A stretch of 64,000 nt of DNA from Scyliorhinus canicula (taxonomy: Eukaryota): assembly GCF_902713615.1 (NCBI RefSeq), contig NC_052159.1:29253709-29317708 (forward strand), given 5' to 3'. The stretch's first letter is position 1, and each line of letters starts with the position of its first letter. Below, piece after piece: positions 50,218 to 62,554 of the stretch. The notes under the pieces are model-generated. The model saw nothing but the letters and a program-made list of their open reading frames with translations, ran no database searches and had not been told where the DNA came from. Both the position numbers and the translations under genes were made by a program.

Positions 50218-53200
50218 TAAGAACATAAGAATTAGGCGCAGGAGTAGGCCATCTGGCCCCTCGAGTCTGCTCCGCCATTCAATGAGATCACGGCTGATCT
50301 TTTGTGGACTCAGCTCCACTTTCCAGCCCGAACACCATAACCCTTAATCCCTTTATTCTTCAAAAAACTATCTATCTTTATCTTTAAAACATTTAATGAA
50401 GGAGCCTCTACTGCTTCACTGGGCAAGGAGTTCCATAGACTCACAACACTTTGGGTGAAGAAGTTCCTCCTAAATTCAGTCCTAAATCTACTTCCCCTTA
50501 TTTTGAGGCTATGCCCCCTAGTTCTGCTTTCAACCACCAGTGGAAACAACCTGCCAGCATCTATCGTATCTATTCCCTTCATAATTTTATATGTTTCTAT
50601 AAGATCCCTCCTCATCCTTCTAAATTCCAACGAGTACAGTCCCAGTCTACTCAACCTCTCCTCGTAATCCAACCCCTTCAACTCTGGGATTAACCTCGTG
50701 AATCTCCTCTGCACACCCTCCAGTGCCAGTATGTCCTTTCTCGAGTAAATTCCCAGGATACTGGAAGTCTGCAGAGGGGTTTGAATAGGTTAAGTGAATG
50801 GGCTCGGGTCTAGCAGATGGAATACAATGTTGACAAATGTGAGGTTATCCATTTTGGTAGGAATAACAGCAAACGGGATTATTATTTAAACGATAAAATA
50901 TTAAAGCATGCCGCTGTTCAGAGAGACTTGGGTGTGCTAGTGCATGAGTCACAGAAGGTTGGTTTACAAGTGCAACAGGTGATTAAGAAGGCAAATGGAA
51001 TTTTGTCCTTCATTGCTAGAGGGATGGAGTTTAAGACTAGGGAGGTTATGTTGCAATTGTATAAGGTGTTAGTGCGGCCACACCTGGAGTATTGTGTTCA
51101 GTTTTGGTCTCCTTACTTGAGAAAGGACGTACTGGCGCTGGAGGGTGTGCAGAGGAGATTCACTAGGTTAATCCCAGAGCTGAAGGGGTTGGATTATGAG
51201 GAGAGGTTGAGTAGACTGGGACTGTACTCGTTGGAATTTAGAAGGATGAGGGGGGATCTTATAGAAACATTTAAAATTATGAAGGGAATAGATAGGATAG
51301 ATGCGGGCAGGTTGTTTCCACTGGCGGGTGACAGCAGAACTAGGGGGCATAGCCTCAAAATAAGGGGAAGTAGATTTAGGACTGAGTTTAGGAGGAACCT
51401 CTTCACCCAAAGGGTTGTGAATCTATGGAATTCCTTGCCCAGTGAAGCAGTTGAGGCTCCTTCATTAAATGTTTTTAAGGTAAAGATAGATAGTTTTTTG
51501 AAGAATAAAGGGATTAAGGGTTATGGTGTTCGGGCCGGAAAGTGGAGCTGAGTCCACAAAAGATCAGCCATGATCTAATTGAATGGCGGAGCAGTCTCGA
51601 GGGGCCAGATGGCCTACTCCTGCTCCTAGTTCTTATGTTCTTAAAACTGAACACAATACTCAAGGTGTGGCCTCATTAACACCGTATACAATTGCAGCAT
51701 AACCTCCCTAGTCTTAAACTCCATCCCTCTAGCAATGAAGGATAAAATTCCATTCGCTTTCTTAATCACCTGTTGCACCTGTAAACCAACTTTTTGCGAC
51801 TCATGCACTAGTACACCCAGGTCACTGCATAGCAGCATGTTTTAATATTTTATCATTTAAATAATCCCGTTTGCTGTTATTCCTACCAAAATGGATAACC
51901 TCACATTTGTCAACATTGTATTCCATCTGCCAGACCCTAGCCCATTCACTTAACCTATCCAAATCCCTCTGCAGACTTCCAGTATCCTCTGCACTTTTCG
52001 CTTTATCACTCATCTTAGTGTCATCGGCAAACTTGGACACATTGCCCTTGGTCCCCAACTCCAAATCATCTGTGTAAATTGTGAACAATTGTGGGCCCAA
52101 CACTGATCCCTGAGCGACACCACTAGCTACTGATTGCCAACCAGAGAAACACCCATTAATCCCCACTCTTTGCTTTCTATTAATTAACCAACCCTCTATC
52201 CATGCTACTACTTTACCCTTAATGCCATGCATCTTTATCTTATGCAGCAACCTTTTGTGTGGCACCTTGTCAAAGGCTTTCTGGAAATCCAGATATACCA
52301 CATCCATTGGCTCCCTGTTATCTACCGCACTGGTAATGTCCTCAAGAAATTCCACTAAATTAGTTAGGCACCACCTGCCCTTTATGAACCCATGCTACAT
52401 CTGCCCAATGGGGCACTTTCTATCCAGATGCCTCGCTATTTCTTCCTTGATAGATTCCAGCATCTTCCCTACTACCGAAGTTAAGCTCACTGGCCTATAA
52501 TTATCCGCACTCTGCCTATCTCCTTTTTTAAACAGTGGTGTCATGTTTGCTAATTTCCAATCCGCCGGGACTACCCCAGTCTAGTGAACTTTGGTAAATT
52601 ATCACTAGTGCATTTGCAATTTCCCTAGCCATCTCTTTTAGTACTCTGGGTTGCATTCCATCAGGGCCAGGAGACTTGTCTACCTTTAGCCCCATTAGCT
52701 TGCGCATCACTACCTCCTTAGTGATAACAATCATCTCAAGGTCCTCACTTGTCATGGCCTCATTTCTATCAGTCACTTTTTTGCCTTGCTATTCCTGATT
52801 TTCACCCAAATGGATTCAACCGTATCGCCCATAGCACCGATGTCACCCCTCACTACTGTCCGAATGTCATCCTTAAATAACATAGCTACACCACCTCCCT
52901 TACCATCCACTCTGTCCTTCCGAATAGTTTGATACCCTTGGATATTTAACTCCCAGTTGTGACCATCCTTTAACCATGTTTCAGAAATGGCCACTAAATC
53001 ATAGTCATTCACGATGATGTGCACCATCAACTCACTTGCCTTATTCCGAATACTACGAACATTCAGGTAAAGTACACTTATGTTGGCTTTTTTACCTCTG
53101 TTTTGAATCTTACCTCTCCAAAGTTATATTTCCTCTTCACTTTTCTCCTAATTTTCCTTGTCGTTGAACCCATAGCTTCATGTAACAACCTGCCGCGTCG

Positions 53201-54765
53201 CTTACCAATAATGTTTTTACTTCTCGTTTTATTCCTTTTAGTATTACTGGGCCTATTTACTGAGCTCCCCTCAGTCACTGTACTGTCACCCTTTTTGATT
53301 TTTGACGATGGCTTCTCTGCGTTACACTGTCCCCCTTACATCCTTTTGCTTCTGTCCCTGTTTTACTACCTTCCAACTTCCTGCATTGGTTCCCATCCCC
53401 CTGCCACATTAGTTTAAACCCTCCCCAACAGCTCTAGAAAACACCCCCCCTAGGACATCAGTTCCAGTCCTGCCCAAGTGCAGACCGTCCGGTTTGTACT
53501 GGTCCCACCTCCCCCAGAACCGGTCCCAATGCCCCAGGAATTTGAATCCATCCCTCTTGCACCATCTCTCGAGCCACACATTCATCCTATCTGTCCTGAC
53601 ATTCCTATTCTGACTAGCTCGAGGCACTGGTAGCAATCCTGAGATTACTACCTTTGAGGTCCTACTTTTCAGTTTAACTCCTAACTCCTTGAATTCAGCT
53701 TGTAGGACCACATCCCGTTTTTTTAAACCTATATCATTGGTGCCTATGTGCACCACGGCAGCTGGCTGTTCATAACCCCGCAGAATGTCCTGCAGCCACT
53801 CCGAGACATCCATGACCCTTGCACCAGACCCATACCATCCTGGAGTCTCAATTGCGTCCGCAGAACCGCCTGTCTATTTCCCTTACGATTGAGTCCCCTA
53901 TCACTATAGCCCTGCCATTCTTCTTCCTGCCCTGCTGTGCAGCAGAGCCAGCCACGGTGCCATGAACCTGGCTGCTGCTGCCTTCCCCTGGTGAGCCATC
54001 TCCCTCAACAGTATCCAAAGCGGTATATCTGTTTTGCAGGGAGATGACCGCAGGGGACACCTGCACTGCCTTCCTACTCTTGCTCTGCCTTTTGGTCACC
54101 CATTTTCTATCTCCCTCAGTAACTTTCACCTGCGGTGTGACCAACTCGCTAAACGTGCTATCCATGCTGTCCTCAGCATCGCGGATGCTCCAAAGTGAGT
54201 CCATCCGCAGCTGCAGAGCCGTCACGCGGTCTAACAGGAGCTGCAACTGAACACACTTGCACGTGAAGGAGCCAGGGACAGTGGATGTGTCCCTGAGCTC
54301 CCACATCGCACACGAGGAGTATGACACAGGTCTGGGATCTCCTGCCATGTCTTAAACCTTAGGTAAACTTATACAACTACAATTACAAAAAAACGAAAGA
54401 AAAAATAAATAAATTAGACACTGAAAAGAAAAACTACTTACCAGGGTTAAAAGCACCTCCTCCCCACCCAGCTTCGAATTCCCACCTAGCTTCAAATTCC
54501 CAAGCTCACTCTTGGTTGTGCCTCACTCTGGCTGTGTCTTGTCTGGCTCACTGGGAGAACTCACCCAGGGTCTCAGATGCTGTCTGGTTCTCTCCCTGCA
54601 GATTAAAAGTTACCGGCCAGAAGAAAGAAAGAGAACAAAACAGTAGGGGAAAAGCACCTTCTCCCACTCTGTACCAAATTACCAAGTTCCAAATTTCCAC
54701 TCTGGATGTGTCTCACTCCGGCTGTGTCTCCTCGACTTGCGCAAAGCTTACTGAGTGCGCTTTCT
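50218..54765 (-). mobile_element. CR1 LINE copy 2 with ORF1 and internally deleted ORF2, interrupted by an antisense copy
   Basis: ORF1 53409-54348 (frameshifted; GDSI, HIGTNDI, DGLHL), ORF2 fragments, and tail TTCTTATGTTCTTA. An endonuclease/linker deletion joins at ~52773. Confidence 0.92.
50755..51643 (+). mobile_element. 5'-truncated young CR1 of the same subfamily, inserted antisense into copy 2
   Basis: Uninterrupted 244-aa RT C-terminal ORF (50817-51551) and tail TTCTTATGTTCTTA. The host sequence resumes at 51643. Confidence 0.92.
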
Positions 54766-54865
54766 GTCTGTCTTTTATACAGACCTTATAAATAAGTCAA
54801 GGAAACTTGTATATAAATCAAATACACATAGGATGCAGGGTAATTTGATAGGGTGGATTCATATT

Positions 54866-55133
54866 GGGCTGGTTTAGCTCAGTGGGCTAGGCAGCTTGTT
54901 TGTGATGTAGAACAAAGCCAGCAGCGCGGGTTCAATTCCCGTACCAGCTTACCCGAACAGGCGCCGGAATGTGGCGACTAAGGGCTTTTCACAGTAACTT
55001 CGTACTTGTGATAATAAAAGCTTATTATTATTATTAAAATTGGCTTAGTTGTTGGAGAGTACGATGATAGACGGCTTTTCACAGTAATTTCATTGAAGCC
55101 TACTCGTGACAAGTGATTTTCATTTCATTTCAT
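54866..55133 (+). mobile_element. Short tRNA-derived SINE with (TTA)n tail, plus an isolated tail fragment at 55073-55133
   Basis: GGGCTGGTTTAGCTCAGTGG..GGTTCAATTCCC..GGGCTTTTCACAGTAAC. Confidence 0.82.
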
Positions 55134-55886
55134 TAGTAACTGGAAGCCAGTGTCCAGTGGTTTAAAACGGGGATCTGAATTAGGTCCCTTATTATTTGTC
55201 ATTTATATAAACAACATTGATGTCTCATAGATGACTGTGGGGGTAGGATCAGAAGTTTGCGGATGCTGCAAAGATTGGCTGGCCGGGTGGTTAACAGTGA
55301 GGTTGAGTGTCTTGGGGTACAGGGAGATATAGATGGGATGGTCAAATGGGCAGATAAGTGGCAGATGGAAATTGGCCCTGAAAAGTGTAAGGTGATACAC
55401 TTTGGCAGGAAGTATTCAATGAATGGCATGACACTAAAAAGTTTTGAGGAACAAAGGGCCCATGGCATGTTTGTACCTGGATCTCTGAAGGCGGGAGGGA
55501 AGGTTAATAGGGTGGTGAAAAAGGCATATGGGACACTTACCTTTATCAATTGGGCATAGATTACAAAAGCAGTAATGTCATTTTGGAGTTGTATAGAACT
55601 TTGGTGAGGCTGCAGCTGGAGTACTGTGTGTAATTCTGGTCGCCACATTATAGGAAGGATGTGATTGCACTGGAGGAGGTGCAGAGGTGATTCAGCAGAA
55701 TGTTGCCTGGAACTTTAAATTATGAAGAGGTTGGATAGGCTTGGGTTATTTTGGTTGGAGCAGGGTCGACCTCGGAGGTGTACAAGATTATGAGGGGCAT
55801 GAACAAGGTGGATAGGGAGCAGCTGTTCCCCTTAGTATAAGGGTCAGTTACAAGGGGACGCAGGTTCAAGGTGAGGGTCAGGTGGT

Positions 55887-55920
<34 letters not shown>

Positions 55921-56874
55921 GTAAGGAAAAACCCTCTTAATCAGAGGATGGTGCCGGTCTGGAATGCACTGCCTGAGAGGGTGGCAGAGGTAAGTTGCCT
56001 CACATCCTTTGAAAAGTACTGGATGCATACCTGGCATGTCATTAATTTAAGGCTATGGGCCAAGTGTCTCCCCTACCGCCTGACTACATTCGATAGTTGC
56101 AAACTTTTCAAACGGTCCCAGGAAGCTGGAAAGTTGCCACTGAAAGTTCAAATTTCCTGAGCAATTTCCATGGAGTCAATGTACTGGAATTGCCGAGGGG
56201 GTCTCATAATGCATTTCCTTGGGTACTTCGGTCTCTGCCTGTCTGGCCACCAGAATATCTGGTTTAAAGCCAAGAATGTGCAGGTGCCAATTTAGCTGAC
56301 TCTGCTCCTGAATCCACGTGCAGAACTTGTTCACTTTCCTTGATACAAAGCCATATTTTGCTCAATCAGCGTTTTAAATGTTACGTTCCAGTGAGTACTT
56401 GAGGAAACTAGGACTGTCAACTGGAGGAAACTGAACACATTGTGCAAATATAAAGAAAGACGAGATACAAATTTCTTGCAGCTACTGTATTAACTTTAAC
56501 TTTTTCATTGGCTTACCTGATTGACTAATAAAATTGAGGAGCTGTTTCACAGATGCCAGATCTATGCTATATTCTTACGTAGGAGAAATATAGAAATTGT
56601 CGATGGGAAGTGCTCTTTTCCTTCCATAGCTGTGTGTTTGTACAATACCTTTCAATGGACTGTTTTATTGAGAATCTTTGAAAAACAATAGTAGGAATGA
56701 CTTCATGACACAGGGCTCTAAGAAGAAAATAACAGCACTGATTAACTGTACCAGAATTGGTTGCTGGGGCAGGTAATGATAGTTCTCACAATGCGGAAGA
56801 GTCATGAATCATTGCACTGTTAAAATGTTGAGACTAGTTTTGTTTTGTAACACCATTTTCTATCTCTGTGCAAG

Positions 56875-57000
56875 CTTTATTCATGATGAGGCAGAGCTGG
56901 CCACAGACATCGACTTCTGCTGCCTCTGAGGGTACTTATGATCTCCCAGTCGATGCTGGCACTGAGAGCAGAACTTTCCAAGCTTCTTCTGCATCATTCA
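56875..57000 (+). CDS. FAM168A: FAM168A coding exon 3 ([42 protein letters not shown])
   Basis: Acceptor tctctgtgcaag, 126 nt, phase 1-1, donor TTCA|gtaaat. Homologous to human [42 protein letters not shown] as recalled. This segment points to FAM168A rather than FAM168B. Confidence 0.92.
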
Positions 57001-58928
57001 GTAAATAAAACACATTTTTCCCTTTTATATATTAGAACTTGATAGAACTGATTTATATGATGTTTAATGTGCGGAAGAGTCTTGGGGAATAATGAAGTAT
57101 CCACTGAAATCATAATCTCACATTTGGGTTAGGGAAAGCAAATTGTGATGCCAGTCTATTTTAAGGTAGAAAACAGTTTACTGTGTATGCTAAATATGAA
57201 GTTAGGATGTACAAGTGACAAAGTGGATTATGAAATAATAGATAATTGTCAAAATCATAGTAATTTCACCATCTGTTTTTCTAGATTTCCAAATAAATTA
57301 AACAAGATCATTAGAAAATAGGCTGAAATGAACTTTATTTTATATTCATGAGCTAATTAAATTGCTTGGGGTTTTTGTGCAATGTTTTAAAAATATATTT
57401 GAGTAAGAACCATGGAAGATAAATAATTTTGCCTCCCTACAAGCTATCTAAACTTAAGATGAAAATTTTGCCCAACCTCAGTCAGTCCAAGTCTCTTCTG
57501 CACATGTTAGAGATGGTAATTTATCTAGTAGAAAATTTGTGTATAAATAGGATCTTGAGAACAGAAATGACTAAGAATCTCAAACTACTTTCTGTGCTGC
57601 TATATGCCTAACTGCAAATATAAGCCTTGCTTTCTTAAGTAAACCTGAAGCAGAACAAACTCAATCCGTTGCATAAGTTATACTTTGCCAAACTGAATTT
57701 TTCATATTCTGCATTAAATGCTTACATTCAGTATATTCAGATATATATTGTATCAAGTAAAATAAAATTATTTTAATAGTACAATTTTAATTGTGGAGCA
57801 GCTTTGTCTATGGGGATTTAAATTGAGATGACTCCAGAAAACTACTGCAGCTCTGGCAGAACAGACAACATCAAAGTCCACAGTTGATGGGAAAAGAAAT
57901 CTCGTACCATTCTCGAGATGCAGACAGTTACCTGATTTGGTGAAGAGCGTAATTTGCTATGATTTACTCTGTTAACTTTCCTAATTATAATTCCCAGTCT
58001 TACCTGACCAAAAGAGCATCTTGTTATGTAGAAGCGGTACAGTATTTGTTTACCGTTGTGCTCTAATTTACTAGTGAGTCTGCAAAGAAATTTGCCCTTA
58101 AAGCCTCATTTTCTATTTGCCCGCAATCTCCAAGGATTCGTTCTTTTCACCAATGTATGTGTGAAGCACAAGTGAGAGGAAATTGCTTTGCAGTGCCAAC
58201 ACAGTGTGAATTTAAAAGAAAATCACATCAGTTCACATCTTGAGTTCTTAATAAAGGCAAGAAGCCGCTTCCTAGTGCAATATTTGTAAATTTATATAAT
58301 TTTCACTAAAATGTGATATTTGTAAAAAGAAAATTCAACCTCAGAATAAAGTGAGAAATTAAACCTGATTTTTAATTTGGCAACATTAGTAAATGCTGAC
58401 TGGAAATGGGACTGCATACCTTCCAAAGTAAGAATTACAGTATCATTTTCTTTATAATGTCTTTCCTCAACTTGGATATTAAACCTGGTAGGAAATATTT
58501 GTATTAATCTGCTTGTTTGCTCTGTCTCCCTTTCCCATTCCCATCCCTGTCCACCCTACCTCAACAGACTCCTCCCTATTTCACGTTTAAACAGTGTACT
58601 GCCCCACTGAACTAGTTGGTGCGCAGTCCACAGGAACTTACTCCTCAATGTCAGGACACATCAGAGCTGCCATTGGAGGAGCGCTCTCCCTATTGTGGAG
58701 AGTTTTGCACAGGAAAAACATTGGATATATTCACAGCTTCCAGATTGAAGGGTCTCTATTTTTCTAATTTCTTTCAGAATACCTACCTGGCGAAAGCAAT
58801 TTTATATTGTCTGACCTAAATTCCATTTTCCCTAATTTAATGAAAATTGGTCAGGGCCAAATATTTTAAAATGATTGTAGATTATATTTGTGGACAGGTT
58901 GTACTGTACGCATGACTTTTTCCAAAAG

Positions 58929-58961
58929 GCTGGCCACGTCCAATTTCTCTACACGAAGCAG
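58929..58961 (+). CDS. FAM168A: Candidate 33-nt FAM168A cassette exon (S-WPRPISLHEA-G)
   Basis: Context tttttccaaaag|GCTGGCC...GAAGCAG|gtaagt, with a perfect consensus donor. Symmetric, stop-free in the phase-1 frame. TGCATG at 59025. Confidence 0.45.
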
Positions 58962-61304
58962 GTAAGTCCTTTTTAAGAGGCAAGGTGATTTGCATTACCT
59001 AGTTAGTTGGGGTGTGGATGTGTATGCATGCGTGAGAGATTGGATATTTTAAATGTAAATTAGCAGATAGACTAGTTGCTGAATTATATTCGGCCAGAAA
59101 AGTATAATGACATTGAGTCTGGGTGCAATGCTCTGAAGTCTCACCCACCCCAAGACAAAAGCAGATTTATTGCAGGAAATATGAACTTAATATATAAAAT
59201 TATGTAAAATATAATTTTAAGTGTATAAATGCATATTGCAGTAACTTCCAAGTTTCAAAGCACTTACTGAAGATTAAGATAAAGCTTTGACCTGGTAACT
59301 TTTAACCAGTAGAAATGAGGAAAATTCCTGGTACAGCTGATATAGGGCTCTTAATTCCTGACGCGCAGCAATAAGGATTAGTTTAAAACCGTAGTAACTT
59401 GGTTTCTGAGAAACTCGAGTGACTAGTTTTCTCAGTCGCTTGTAATGTATTGGTAATTTGTAATGCAGAATTTCACAGCAAGAGAAAATCATGCTCCGAT
59501 AACTTGGGTTGGTTCATCAGTCTCCAGATAATTATTAGGTTGAACTGTAATTAACAACCTTCCTCATACTGATACCAATCTTAAAGTTTTTTTGAAGGAC
59601 TTTATTCAGCCTTGGAGCACTGTGAAACATTGGGTCTAGGTGCCAAAATCACCGTTTACAGTCAAAATGGGATCAACATTGAATGTAATGGTAATTAACC
59701 AGAGTTAGAACTGCTGTACAATTAACTTTTTGCAGGTTTTTATGGTTGAAAGACCCAATAATATACATACAGAAGGGCAGTTTTTCCTTAGAAGGGAATT
59801 ATTTTGTTTCCCCATTATTGCTTGGCAATGGCGCAAGGACCGTGGATTCAAATTGCTATGTTCCTAGAGTGATATTTTATTTAGAGACGTGCATGTAACC
59901 AAGGGCCTCCATTTATCCCTGTTATTATTCTCCGCTATCATTTTTCTCTCCCAAGTTTCCTCAGGCCACAATTCCTAACAATAGTAGTGGGTTGGTCTGC
60001 CTTCCGACATCTATTAATACTGCTCTGTAATCATCCACTGATTAATGCAATTTTTCCTTTTAGGGAGAGGGGGGAGAGAAAGAGACAGGTGATCTCCATT
60101 CATTGCCACATATGACAGATGCATAACTCAGTTTGCATCCTGTTGCTTTTGAAATGTAGATGTTCTGTATAATTTTTGTGTAAAGGTTTTGAATATTTTT
60201 ATTTTGCAACGCAGTAAGTAGTTTGAGATGTTAGTCATTAAAAGATATTGCAGACCTTTCTAATGAAGATATATAGATTAGAAACTCTGGCTATATAATT
60301 AATTGTAGAATTATCTTGCGTGAAGTACACGTACAAGTTTATCCAATATGTAGGATTCAAACTAAAACGCATGCACAGATGACCTTTATCAAACTAATGT
60401 AAATTTCCCGTGTTAAAATTATTTCAGCTGTAAAAAGTTCAGACATGTAGAATAAAACTGGAATGAATGTGGGATAAAGCAGTAATGCAACTTAAAAAAA
60501 ATAAAATACTTATTTTGAACTAAATTTACAATAGGGGCAAATAGATAGTTCTCATTTTATGACTAACACACTTTACCAAATTGCAGATACTATATTAAAC
60601 AAGCAATTCTTATAACAACAAAACTTGTTGGCCATTATTCCACTTGTATCTTGGTTATGCAGGTTATGCAATCTGATGAGGTTGTGAACTTGGGTTCCCA
60701 TATTGGCCCAGAATTTGTTGGGATAATAAAGGCCTTGCATTATTTGAATATAAATATTCCTGCAATTTGTCGTGAGGTATAGATACCAGGTGAATTTCAA
60801 AAAGCAACGGGTTGCTGGATTTGCCACTCCACCGTTAGCTTAAAAAAACAACCTCTCCGAGTTCCAAGAAGTTGCTGCATTGACGCTGATAAAGCAAATT
60901 AAACTCTGCAGAAAGTTAGGAATGGGGTACTTGTGGCATAGCAGCCCAATAAATGACGAGATTTAAATGCATGCAATGCCACTCAACCTTTCTAACCCAG
61001 AATGTGAAGTATTGAAACTATAGAACCTCATTTCTGCAGGTAGTAAATTGTTCCTAGAGATTTTAAACATATTTATTTTATTTTTTAGTTTTCTCCTTGT
61101 CTCTCTTTCTCTCTGAATCCAAACTTTTTCTTCTCTATTGCTCTCCGTATCGAAGCTGACTCTCATTCACTATTTCCTCCTTGTCATTCCTATTTCTTTA
61201 TCCTTGGCTAAGGAAAAACACTGCTGCCTTACGTTCCTCTGGTACCAACTTGCACTTCCAGTAATCTACAACACAAGGCTGGGGAGGGGTGTGTGAATGC
61301 TGGT

Positions 61305-61911
61305 TGTTATGGGCCAGGCTTCAGAGAGCCCCAAAGTGTATCATGGAGTTCACCTGACCCACAACTTTTAATAGATTGTGGTATGGGGAGCACACGGCCC
61401 ACTCTACAGGTGTGGTACAGCAGAAATGGAAAAGTATTTTTTAAAGCAAAACAATGTTTATTCTATGAACTCAGTTAACCTTTTTAAAACCTAGTGAACA
61501 TCTTAGCAACCATTAATTCAAATACAACCCCCAAAGAATACAACACTAAGTAATCCTTTAAGCTTTCCTTTTAACATCCATAAGACTTAAAACATCTTTT
61601 ACCAGAAGCACATCAAGTTAAAGTCACTACTGTTATTAGTTTTAAATCACCAGGATCGATTTGCAGTTTTTAGGTTACAGAGAGAGACTCTAATACATCT
61701 TCTGGCTGTGACTGCAGCTATCCAGGTCTGAAAACGAACCTAAAACACATCCTGCAGCAAACAGCCTAAAACGAAAGTAAAAAGCTGACAGACAGCCCAG
61801 CTCTACCCACTCTCTGATATCACTGCAGCAATAAACACCCATTTCTTAAAGGTACTCTCATTACAGATATTTATATACACACCCATTTCTTAAAGATACT
61901 CTCACATGACA
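61305..61911. mobile_element. Probable solo LTR
   Basis: TGTTATG...CATGACA imperfect inverted termini, ~607 bp, non-coding, internal duplication ACACCCATTTCTTAAAG.TACTCTCA. No TSD found. Confidence 0.5.
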
Positions 61912-62411
61912 ATCTACACCCGCACGACCCAAACATCAATTAGTGAATTCTGGGCCAGTATCTTTCCCAGCTAAATTGTATCAGCGGTTGTCTGAAATAT
62001 GGTAAAATTGTGAACAGCAGTATCCTTCGGAACGAGTAGAATTTTTTGTTTTTGTTTCAGATTCCAGCATCCGCAGTAATTTGCTCTCATCTTAGTCATT
62101 TTGCTGCATGCTTTCCATAAGTTAATGATTAATGCTTTCTCTATTCCTGTCATTTGATTATTTTCAGTTTATTGGGGTGTAGCTTTTTAAATCTTGACCA
62201 TTCAGCTTTTGATTTCTGATTTTATGCAAATTGAGGGTCTGATGCTATGATATGATTCTAAAGATTTTTAACAGAGGAAACCTATTATTTGAGTTGAACA
62301 CTAATAGTGGTAGTTGGAAGATATGACCTGAGTTAATGCTTTGGAAAGATGTCAAAACCATCCCTTGTATTGATAGTTTGAGTCATTAAAATTATGTTTT
62401 TATCTTTTTAG

Positions 62412-62554
62412 GGTACACTGGAGGAACCCCTTACAAGGTAGCACCTACTCAGAGTAATGGTGCACCTCCCCCATATTCTCCATCCCCAAACCCATACCAG
62501 ACTGCCATGTATCCCATACGAAGTGCCTATCCACAGCAGAATCTGTATGCACAG
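62412..62554 (+). CDS. FAM168A: FAM168A coding exon 4 ([48 protein letters not shown])
   Basis: Acceptor tctttttag, 143 nt, phase 1-0, donor CAG|gtaaat. The peptide [30 protein letters not shown] matches human FAM168A as recalled. The gene continues past the window end. Confidence 0.95.

Larger units (their letters stand above)
49375..56080 (+). mobile_element. Old + strand CR1 ORF2 remnant, host to nested insertions (parts ~49375-50217 and ~54770-56080)
   Basis: GPDE..LWEVREEIAG, DFSKAF before the break, then WADKWQMEI.PEKCKVIHFGR and VWNALPERV after it. Confidence 0.75.

Noticed and set aside
39764-56874. Direct ortholog of the recalled human 27-nt EFQFLHSAY exon
   Set aside because: I found no matching sequence with valid splice sites by eye. 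Partial resemblances (for example ~40700) lack an acceptor or donor.
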